Shown: positions 52,986 to 63,182 of the stretch, one piece after another
How the letters are laid out: each line of letters begins with the position of its first letter
How positions within the stretch are numbered: position 1 is the stretch's first letter
Origin: Octopus sinensis
Lineage: Eukaryota
Direction: 5' to 3'
DNA: 64,000 nt
Assembly: GCF_006345805.1 (NCBI RefSeq)
Contig: NC_043000.1
Coordinates: 159,588,001-159,652,000 of the forward strand
Notes under the pieces: model-generated
Told to the model about the DNA's origin: nothing
The model's input: only the letters and a program-made list of their open reading frames with translations
Databases searched by the model: none
Translations under genes and position numbers: made by a program

Positions 52986-53311
52986 ATATACATATATATA
53001 CATACATACATACACATAGATATAATACATACATATACATAGTGGGTGTGCGTGTGTGTATATATGTATATATACGTATATCATATTGGTAAATATGCAG
53101 ATATGTATTGCAATATTCTTCAACTCTTTCATGTTTAGAAAGTTTTAAATTATACATAATTTTTTCTGAAAATTCCTATTGTATTATAAGTGGAAACTGA
53201 TATACAAGATAATACAAAAGTTAATGCTTATATGATTATGTTAGTGCATTTGAAACATTAGGACATAATGCCATGGTGTACTTAACATCTCATTCAGCAG
53301 GGATCAATAAA

Positions 53312-53353
53312 TTAATCAAACCTCATTTATGAGGTTAAATGAGGTTTGATTAA
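53312..53353. repeat. Perfect 18-bp inverted repeat with 6-nt spacer
   Basis: ttaatcaaacctcattta tgaggt taaatgaggtttgattaa. Confidence 0.9.
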
Positions 53354-53592
53354 ATTCACAGTACTCTTCCACAAAATTGATTGCACCTAAGTTTGAAATA
53401 AATATTTAAGTAATAATCATAATCATTATCAATGGTTATTTTCGTGTCAGTATCAGGGGTTGCCAGATCAATTTCATAAAAAATATAAAATTTTCAGAAA
53501 TAAACAGGATGTGCCAGAAAGTAGTCCCAAATGAAAATTTATCTCGCTCAAAATACACATACATGTGCATGCACATATAAATATATATGCGC

Positions 53593-53763
53593 AGGAGTGG
53601 CTGTGTGGTAAGTAGCTTGTTTACCAACCACATGGTTCCGGGTTCAGTCCCACTGCGTGGCACCTTGGACAAGTGTCTTCTACTATGGCCTCGGGCCGAC
53701 CAAAGCCTTGTGACTGGATTTGGTAGACGGAAACCAAAAGAAGCCCGTCGTATATATGTATAA

Positions 53764-53818
<55 letters not shown>

Positions 53819-54042
53819 GCGCGTGTGTGTGTTTGTGTGTCTGTGTTTGTTCCCCTAGAATTGCTTGACAACTGATGCTGGTGTGTTTATGTCCCCGTTA
53901 CTTAGCGGTTCGGCAAAAGAGTCCGATAGAATAAGTACTGGGCTTACAAAAGAATAAGTCCCGGGGTCGATTTGCTCGACTAAAGGCGGTGCTCCAGCAT
54001 GGCCGCAGTCAAATGACTGAAAAGAGTAAAAGAGTAAAGAGT
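53593..54042 (+). mobile_element. SINE family A, full length
   Basis: Family A sequence. Confidence 0.9.
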
Positions 54043-54341
54043 ATGTGTGCCTTGCAGTTCCCTTTCTTCCATGTCTTTTTCCTCGGATATTTATATTTCA
54101 ATTGAAATGTGTGATTTATCTCATTTCACAAGAAAATAGTAAATTGTTGGACTGCAGATGGTAGGGGCTTAAGTCACTAAAACTGTTGAATTAGGTAATG
54201 TTTTGAAAGATGGAGATCCTCAGACCATGTTGATATCCTAAACCAATGTAAAAATCAGCTTTGGTAAGTATAATTCTGAATGGAAAACAACACTACCAAA
54301 ATGCCAATCCTTTGTCAACCAAAACCATTGTTCCTTAAAGC

Positions 54342-54939
54342 TGAATACCATTTAAAAGTTGCAACTGTTAAGTCTCTTTAGTGCCCTATCAAGCCAGATT
54401 ATTTGGCCTCCTATCATGCTTCATGGTAGGGAGCCAAATAGACCAGTGGATCTTAATCATTTTAAACTATGGATCCCTTTGATACCTATTTCTTTATTAC
54501 CCACAAGGGGCTAAACATAGAGGGGACAAACAAGGACAGACATAGGTATTAAGTCGATTACATCGACCCCAGTGCGTAACTGGTACTTAGTTTATCAACC
54601 CCGAAAGGATGAAAGGCAAAGTCAATCTCGGCGGAATTTGAACTCAGAACGTAACAACAGACGAAATACGGCTACGCATTTCACCCAGCGTGCTAATGTT
54701 TCTGCCAGCTCGCCGCCTTCGCTCCTGAATAAGCACGTACCGTTAATGTAATTCTCAGGCAGAACCAGTGTGACAAAATTGTGACAAAATGAATAACATT
54801 TAAAAGTTGCAACTGTTAAGTCTCTTTAGTGCCCTATCAAGCCAGATTATTTGGCCTCCTATCATGCTTCATGGTAGGGGGCCAAATAGACCAGTGGATC
54901 TTAATCATTTTAAACTATGGATCCCTTTGATAACTATTT
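54342..54939. repeat. 150-bp direct repeat (54342-54491 and 54790-54939) flanking an E-tail plus B insert
   Basis: Three mismatches between the copies. Confidence 0.9.
54492..54777 (-). mobile_element. Chimera of SINE E tail fragment and SINE B (long tail)
   Basis: B at 54492-54719; 54722-54777 is 55/56 identical to 23048-23103. Confidence 0.88.
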
Positions 54940-55211
54940 TACTCTGGTTGACCCTCATGGCCTCTCAATGTATAAAAACTAGTTTTATAGACACTTCTTT
55001 CAAAACTCCTATTTTGTTTTTCTAACATTAAGTTGTAGATTGAAGTATGAAACCTGGCTGTTTCTTTCAATAAATACATCTAAAACAAAATATTTCATGG
55101 ACCCTTGATATACTACTGTGCATTCCCAATTTACTATTTTAGTTGCGTGAACCCCACCAAAATCGTATATAGACCCCTAAGGGTCAAATGGACCCTGGTT
55201 CAGATCCACTG
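54892..55211. mobile_element. hAT MITE
   Basis: TIRs cagtggatcttaatc / ggttcagatccactg; degenerate 8-bp flanks aaatagac / atttagaa. Confidence 0.65.
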
Positions 55212-55249
55212 ATTTAGAAAGTTATATCACAGAATTCTTTTGGCCTTTT

Positions 55250-55650
55250 AGTAGTTGTACAAGCCAGATCTAATGTCAAGGATTTTCTGAGTATTTTGGT
55301 TGATCATGTCTATTCTATGATACAAGCATTTCTCCTTGATGATAGCACAAACTTCCAGGACAATGCCTTAATTCACATAATGTTATTGAAAATTGGTATC
55401 AAGAGCACAAAACTGAAGTAGAGCACTTTGATTAACTTCCTATCATTACAGAATCTCAATACAATCAAAACATTTATGGTTTGAAGCAGCAAAAAATGAG
55501 CCACTTCCCTTTGCCATCGTTGAAGGAGCTAAAGTGAATTCTACTTGAAGAATGGCTCAAAATTCTCCCAACAAACATTCAGAGCCTGTATGAGTCTCAA
55601 AGATATGATTGATGCCAAAGTGGACCAATTACATATTAGATAAAAACACT
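55250..55650 (+). mobile_element. Tc1 (DD34E-type) transposase C-terminal relic
   Basis: ILVDHVYSMI...FQDNALIH...ENWYQEH...SQNLNTI...SLKELK*ILLEEWLKI...IQSLYES. Confidence 0.75.
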
Positions 55651-55731
55651 TCCATTTAACAAGATATTTCAGTAATTCTATCCAATCCCTACATGTGAAT
55701 GTGTGTGTGTGTGTGTGTGTGTACATATATA

Positions 55732-56620
55732 TAGGGTGCGATAGATAAATTGTCAGCATTCTATATTTTAAATTTCACTCATGTGCATTGTTTGTTTTTC
55801 ATTTTGTTGACTATGCAGTATACGTAGGGTCAGTTGGGCACCGTCTGTCAAGAAAGCAGCACCATAACACAATTCACTCTGCCAAAGATTTAGAAATTAC
55901 ATGCTGTACTGCTTGGAATTCATGCCGGAAGTTCCAATATGAACATTTCAGAGCAATTGGATGTCAATCTGAAGATAGTGCAATCTGAGGACATGTACCT
56001 AGAGTGATAAAAATCAAATATCCAGTCAACATCATGGTGTTTGGAGTGATCACTAGTGACTGTCACATTATGTCTCCATTCACCTTCCCATATGGCCTTG
56101 ACTGAACATGGAGGCCCATAACAACTTCATGGAGGGGGTAGTGCTGCCCTGGGTCAAGAGGGTGCCTGCTGAAGGACCCTATGTCTGGCAACAGGTCACT
56201 GCACCATGCCACACAAGCCAGAGAACCCAGTCATGGCTGTCAGACAATTTCTGCAAAGACATCACCCCTAACATCTGGCCACTTAACTCCCCAGACTGCA
56301 ACCCATTTGACAATTATGTGTGGGACGCAGTTGAGCAAGTGACCAACAAAATGCCTTGTAACATCAAAGATGAACTGAAGGTAAGGATTATGGCAGCATT
56401 CACCAACCTAAACAAGGAGACCATCCAGAAGTGTCGCAGAAGATTCTGAAGTCATCTGGAGGCTGTGGTTGAAGCCAATGGCAATTTTATTTAATAAATT
56501 TGCTTGTAAGTATTTCAAGATAATTTTATGTAATTTTGGTAAATATATCTGTTAAAATGAGATGTGAGTGTTATTTTCATTTTTGCATAATTGAGAGAAC
56601 AGTTTATTCACTGCACCCTG
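55732..56620 (+). mobile_element. Internally deleted maT-like transposon with both termini
   Basis: Imperfect TIRs tagggtgcgatagataaattgtc / (rc) cagggtgcagtgaataaactgtt. ORF 56108-56449 has YVWQQVTAPCHTSQRT...WPLNSPDCNPFDNYVW. Homologous to 48557-49690. Confidence 0.85.
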
Positions 56621-56630
56621 TGTATGTATG

Positions 56631-56673
<43 letters not shown>

Positions 56674-57424
56674 GGTAGTGAATTAGTAGAGTCATTTGAA
56701 AATCAGTCCTCATCATTTAACATCCATCTGCTATATTGGTACTAGTTGGATTGGATGCTTTGCAATATTTGTTTTGACTATCACTGTGTTCTGAGTTCGA
56801 ATTCCATCCATGTGTACTTGATGGATAGACTTAACCTATCACCCACTTAAACATCACCATCTGATAAGCATTCATGTGATGTCTTCTCTTTGAAGATAAT
56901 TTCCTCCCACTAGTCTTGGAGGCCCTAAAGGATCATAAGCTTTGCCTTCGTTATGGACTAAAAGGTGAAAATGTGCTAATTTATGTAGTTGATAATGTAA
57001 TGATATTCAATAGGATTTGTTAACTTTATAAAATAATATTTCAATGTGGGAAGTAGCTATATTTAATTTTCTAATTTGTTTTCCTAGCTTAGTCCAAGGT
57101 TAAACGTCCTTGCCCATAACTTCTTGTGGGGCCTCTGAGTCTTAGGAGAAGAGAAGACAATCTTGATATTCATTGAAGTGGGATCTAGGAAGATTTTGAT
57201 ATTCATAGAACAGAGACTTGTTTGCAACTTAGCGAACTCCATTAAAGCCACCGAATGGTCATGATGGATTAAGTCTACCATTTAATAATTAGTGCAATCC
57301 CTCCAACAAGCAGCTCAATTTCCATTTACAAAATTTCCCTTGTGAGTGGCTTTGGTCAACTCAGAGATAAAGATATTTGTCCAAGGTAATGTGAAATGGG
57401 ATTGAACCTGGAATGATATGATTA

Positions 57425-57570
57425 CTTTTTTACTTGTTTCAGTCATTTGACTGTGGCCATGCTGGAGCACCGTCTTTAGTCAAGCAAATCGACCCCAGGA
57501 CTTATTCTTTGTAAGCCTAGTACTTATTCTATCGGTCTCTTTTCCGAACCGCTAAGTTACGGGGATTGTA
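57425..57570 (-). mobile_element. Family A, right-arm 3' fragment
   Basis: Family A sequence. Confidence 0.85.
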
Positions 57571-59510
57571 AAGGAAACTTTAAAATAAAGAACCATACTT
57601 GTGGGCATGACCATACACAAATGCCTGAGATAAACATGTATTCCTACATACCTTTTTTTTTTTTAATTAATCTGTAATTCACTTTGTAGCCTTATCATGC
57701 TCAGCTACTGCAACACAGCATTACACAATACATAAGAGTACAAAGAGATGTTAGTATCTCAAATGCTCTGCTTGCAAATCATATGGTATTTTGGCACAGT
57801 TCCACTTGGACGAGTGTCTTCTAGTACAGCCCTGGGTTGATCAAAAGTTTGCAAGAAGAGATGTGAACAGCAGCTAAAAGAATTCCATTGTGTGTATGTG
57901 TGTGCATGTCTTGATATTGCATGGTGGTCGTAAACAAGCTTCACCATCATGCAAGCAGTGTCATTTGTTTTCAGTCTTCCGTGAAAACATGTCTGATGAA
58001 GTGGGGAAATATTGCAAATTATGTTTGACCTATGCAAACATGGAGAAGTAGACATTAACACAATGATGATGATGGTCTTTAACATATCCTAAATTGAAAA
58101 AAATCACCGTGATCAACCAGCAAAATAACATAATAAATAGCATTTATACATTTGTGTCACAAATATACAAAATAGTGTCTTAATCATATGCATTTCAGGT
58201 TAGTACCAAGTAAATAAAAGAACAGGTGCAGGTGGGGGATTTTAGCCTAAATTTTAACCAATGGTAGTTAAACATATATATTTCAACAAAATATTTTATA
58301 TCACTGACTAGAAGTTAACTAACTTTTTCTTGTCTGTTGTATACACCTTCAAATGACAACCATAATACAGTGTTTTTTTAAAGTCCATAAATAATCCATG
58401 CATAGATCATGGTGACTTTTATTGTTGCATAAATCAAGCCAGCTTTGTTGAAATACAAACTTTGGCTTATGGATGCCATTTTATATCAATTTTCCCTCCA
58501 GACAAAGACTGGTGAAATTTATGATTTCTTTTTCTTTTGTGTCACAGGTGGGTGTCATTGCTATCAATACCAATAAATATATAACAATAAAATATGAATA
58601 CAATCTCCTCTCACTCAGATAAACTGAAACCAACAGAAACAAGGAGAAGGGTGTAAAATAATCTGAATTTCCAGAATCTTTTTTTACAATTGAAATGTTT
58701 AAAATGGTTAAAGGGTGGACATTTTATCTATATATGTAATTTACTCTGGATAGAAAGGACAATGTCCACGACCTTTGAATCCTTCCCAGGCTGGTTAGGT
58801 TGATGTCTATGCACTGGTCTCATTCAAGAGCTTGCAAAAGAATGAACTCAAAAGACACCAAAGGGACCAGGTGATAGTGTTAAACTGGAGAGCATGGATG
58901 AGTACTCAGTCAACCCTCTTGGAAGCGTGACATTGAGATAGCTGATTAAGCACTTGGATATAAACATTTAATCAGTATTGTGCCCAGGATATGTTGCTTT
59001 TCACTCTTTCATTTGTAAGATTTTCTTTACCCTATAAGAATGGCAAGATCTGTACAACAGAGTGAAACTTTCGATAACCAAAACATGTACTACAAAGATA
59101 CGCTTAAGTATAGATAAGGATATGATCATGCAAAAACATAAATTCATTCACAAACATATTGAATCAGGTAGTAAAATGGCAGAATGCATTGAAGTGAAAG
59201 AATACCTTCATTCTAACAGTATAACAGTACTCTGAGTTCAAATTCCACCAAGGTTAACTCTGCATTTTATCTTTGTTAGGTCAATAAATAAAGTACCAGT
59301 TGAGAATTGGGATTGAATTCTCTTTGACTTTCTCTCTTTGAAAATATTGACTGAAGTTAGAGCCAGAAAGGGATGGTGCAAGGTTAGATACCAAATATAT
59401 GTTGTTAATTACAAAGGTATCTTTATGATCCCCATCAAATGCTGAGAGCTGATTGCATGGTTACATGTACAATAAAGTTTACCGAGCAAATTTCTCTGAA
59501 CAAACCTGCT

Positions 59511-59808
59511 ATCATCATCGTTGCTTAATGTCCATTTTCCATGCAACCATGGGTTGGACAGGGGTCTGGGAAACCAAGAGGCTGCACCAGGCTCTAGTCT
59601 GATTTGGCAGTGTTTCTACAGCTGGATGCCCTTCCTAATGCCAACCAGTCCGTGAGTGTAGTGGGTGCTTTTTATGTGCCACTGGTACAGGGACCAGAGG
59701 AGGCTGGCAAATGGCCACTATCGGTTGGTGCTTTTTACGTGTCATCAACACGGACGTCAGTCAGGGACGGTGCTGGCATGAGCCGCATTCGGATGGTGCT
59801 TTTTACGT
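59511..59808 (-). mobile_element. Family C
   Basis: (atc)n tail, core and modules. Confidence 0.82.
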
Positions 59809-60073
59809 AATGATTTTTGGGGAGGGGCATAATCCAATATATTGACAGCAAAGCATAACAAGATCTAGAATGATAAAAGGCAAAGTCAACTTTGGAGAGT
59901 TTTAGACACCAAAAATGAAGGCATGTAACAAAATATTGTCAGGTATATTATTCAGATCCACCATTTTACCCTTGATAAAATAATTCTATTAAAGGCACAA
60001 AACCTGACATTTTGAAAGGGTGGGGGCTAATCAATTACATCAGCTCCAATTCTCAACTGGTATTTATTTCATT

Positions 60074-60301
60074 GGCGAGCTGACAGAAACGTTAGCATGC
60101 TGGATGAAATGCTTAGCGGTATTTCGCCTGTCATTACGTTGTGAGTTCAAATTCCACCGAGGTTGACTTTGCCTTTCATCCTTTCGGGGTCGATTAATTA
60201 AGTACCAGTTACGCACTGGGGTTGATGTAATCGACTTAATACCTATGTCTGTCCTTGTTTGTCCCCTCTATGTTTAGCCCCTTGTGGGTAATAAAGAAAT
60301 A
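60074..60301 (+). mobile_element. SINE B long tail, nested antisense in an older B-like copy (~59990-60360, minus)
   Basis: 17-bp TSD ggtatttatttcattgg at 60059-60075 and 60302-60318. The host core aactggtatttatttc...ggatgaaaggtaaagtcaacc is split by the insert. Confidence 0.88.
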
Positions 60302-61820
60302 GGTATTTATTTCATTGGATGAAAGGTAAAGTCAACCTCAGCAAAATTTGAACTTGGGATATATAGCGCAGGAGAAAAGCGCAACTATGAAACTTGTTAA
60401 TAATGCTAACGATTCTACCAGATATCTGCTTTTCCATTGATGAAATACTGCTACATATTTGGTATCATAAATTGCAGAATATGATTCATAAGAGTGTGAA
60501 AACAGTAGCATGGGGTATTGAGCAACACAATGATCTTGAAATCAAATCAGTTATGTTTTGCATACATAAGTATTTTAGAAGTACATTCCATTTAGTAAGT
60601 CTGAGGGGTTACATACAAGTTTTCTTGAAAATGAAATTTGCAATAGATTTGCATCCACTTTGGAGTTAAATTTTAGTACTCATTATCAAACAACACAAAT
60701 TCAGTGAAGCTATGAGCAAATGACGGAGCTACAACAGGGTCACTTGACTTGCTGGAAATAGCAACCAAATGTTCCTCAAATTACATCCTATTATCTTTTA
60801 TAACAATATACTGAACAATGTAATTCTCAATGCACAAACAGAAAGGATGATCACATATACAAAGTCTGATCACAAAGTTGATCAGAGTTGATCTGTGGCT
60901 AAGCATCAACGGGAGCAAAAATATTCCTTTAAAATCTAAGTGTTTAGAGACAATTTATATAAAGAAATGTGTCTGAGTATCTAATGGGGGAGACCAAGGA
61001 AACTAATTATGAGGGACAGCAGTATAAAGGAATTCTATATCCATAATAAATATGAGTTGGGAAGAGTCAGAGAAAAAGGAGAAGTTGAAGAGGTGGAGGG
61101 TATCGACGGATCATAAGTGTAACAGTAAGTAACAAGAATATGCAGAGGTGGTCAAGGTACACACAAATTGGTTCAGTTGGGTATTTACAGGTAAAAATGA
61201 TGAGGTTCCACCTGAAATTGATGCCAGCCCACCACAAGGCTACACACATACACACAATATATATATATATATATATATATCTTATATATTTCAAAGATGA
61301 GATCCAGAGATACTCCATATAAAAGAAGTAGTACTCAAAAGATTCGAATTTAGACTCCGATGTCTTTACAAGGTAGAGAAAGGCTATAAGAGGGATTAAG
61401 TCAAGCAGGTATAGAAGCAATTATGCAGATAAACAAATTAGACACATCAAACATATCATATGCATTAAATATATCAAATACAAAATTCCACCCCATTAAT
61501 TTTCTGTCGCTTGTACTCTAAGTAAGTTGGCCCTATTAATATAATATCTACGTATTTATACTTAGAAATTCATCATTTGAAAGATTCCAGCTTTTGCTTT
61601 CTCTCATTTTGTATCTATACATATATTGTATTTGAAGTATTTAATATATTTGATGTATGTAATGTGTTTATCTGCACAACTACTCTGTGGTCACTGCCAC
61701 ATCGATATTCTTCCCTATGTTTGTGAAAGTCTTGTATCTCTGCCGTAAGGCTTCATTTCCACCCACCAGCTGAATTCAATTCGTCCTTAGTCGAAAGACA
61801 CCTGTTGTTATCTCCTGTTA

Positions 61821-62184
61821 TCTCTATATATATAAACGGCAAAATGTCTGCATGTGTGTCCTTTATACAAATCCTCAATTTTTCAGTTAGAGGGCTCGCA
61901 CTTTCTATGGTCATTCAAAACCATCCAAGGGTGGTCGTACATATCTTTACATTTCCCCAGTCACTCTGCAAAGCCATTAAAAAATCAATAGAAGTGACTT
62001 TTTTATGAATTTTCTATCCAAAACCCAATCAAAATGCCCGAAACTTGATATGCCAATCGAATGCCAGTTAGCTGTATGTGATTGGGCGGAGATTTGGACA
62101 GTACTTGCTTGTATGTGCGCACGTGCGCAGCTGTATACGCATGCACTAGCACTATGACCCAGCAACGCCGGGTCATAGTGCTAG
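61821..62184 (+). mobile_element. Non-autonomous Helitron
   Basis: A|TCTCTATATATATAAACGGCA...GACCCAGCAACGCCGGGTCATAGTGCTAG|T. Confidence 0.87.
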
Positions 62185-62539
62185 TTATTATTTTTATTGT
62201 ATTTTGCATTTATATTCATGTAACGTCATCTGTTTTTCTGTCCTTGTTTTTGTATACATTCGATGCTTTCTTCCAAGGAATCTAATGCTCTTAGCTTAGT
62301 TTTTCCTTGGGGCTGGCCAGATTGGAGTAATCTCAAGATTAATCAGCCGAAATTGCGAGGATGATCCGGTTCTTGACTGAGGATAGAAAGCTTCGAATGA
62401 CCTGTCCTTGTTTTTCTTTGTATCGTCTATCTGGATGTTTTGTTGTCCCTTTTTGTATCACATAGTTGTCTGGATGTTTTGCGTTCTTGTCCATTTTATA
62501 TTATATTATATTATATATATTATATATATATATAAAGTG

Positions 62540-62735
62540 GTAACCTCACCAGCCCTGGTAGCACAAAACAGAGCACCCAGTACACACTGTAAAGTGCATT
62601 GTGTTAGGAAGGGCATCCAGCCATAGGAGCCATGCTAAAGCTGACAGTGGAGTGCAACACAGCACTATGGTTGATTCCATTAAACAACCCAATCTATGAC
62701 AGCATGGAAAACAGAAGTTAATTGACAATGATGAT
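62540..62735 (+). mobile_element. Diverged family C-like element
   Basis: ggaagggcatccagcc...gcatggaaaacagaag...tgatga. Confidence 0.7.
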
Positions 62736-63030
62736 ATTGTAGAGTATTTCCACTTGGATCAATCATCCGGATCAAAGTTATCTAAGTTTCATTTCTTTTC
62801 TTACCATCCACTAAGACACTCAAATAACAAGGCAACCCAATTTATTTTCTTTTGTGGTTTGTCACCTAATTACAGCTGAAAAGAAATACCAAATATTGGA
62901 TAAATTAACAGACAGAAAACAAGAAGAGTAGACTAGTGTATCAAGAGAACATAGATCCATATATGCATGAATATATTGGTTACAGAAGATGCACCTGGGA
63001 TAAAAAGGAATATACTTTCGTATATATATA

Positions 63031-63180
63031 TTGGGTTGTCCAGAAAGTTTGTGCCGATTTATAGTAGCTTACCCTTCGACTTATTTTAGAACATGGTCAA
63101 GTGCAGAAAATAGGATTTGACTACACCTCCATTTAGAGCACAGTTTAAGCTATCTTTTCATGGAAGAAGGTTCATGTTCC
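63031..63180 (+). mobile_element. 5' end of a mariner-like element, interrupted by a second mariner
   Basis: TA|TTGGGTTGTCCAGAAAGTTTGTGCCGATTT, a mariner-type TIR. Confidence 0.55.
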
Positions 63181-63182
63181 TA

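Noticed and set aside
45746-58547. Plus-strand exon pair WLAQAIKDLSRIPKE + QRLVKFMISFSFVSQ
   Set aside because: Phase-compatible, but unrecognised; similar candidates occur on both strands at chance frequency.
61052-61300. Two-exon mini-gene MSWEES...KCN|SKNDEVPPEIDASPPQGY with a 66-nt GT-AG intron
   Set aside because: The in-frame join has a 1-in-3 chance, the frame runs into (TA)n, and there is no homology.
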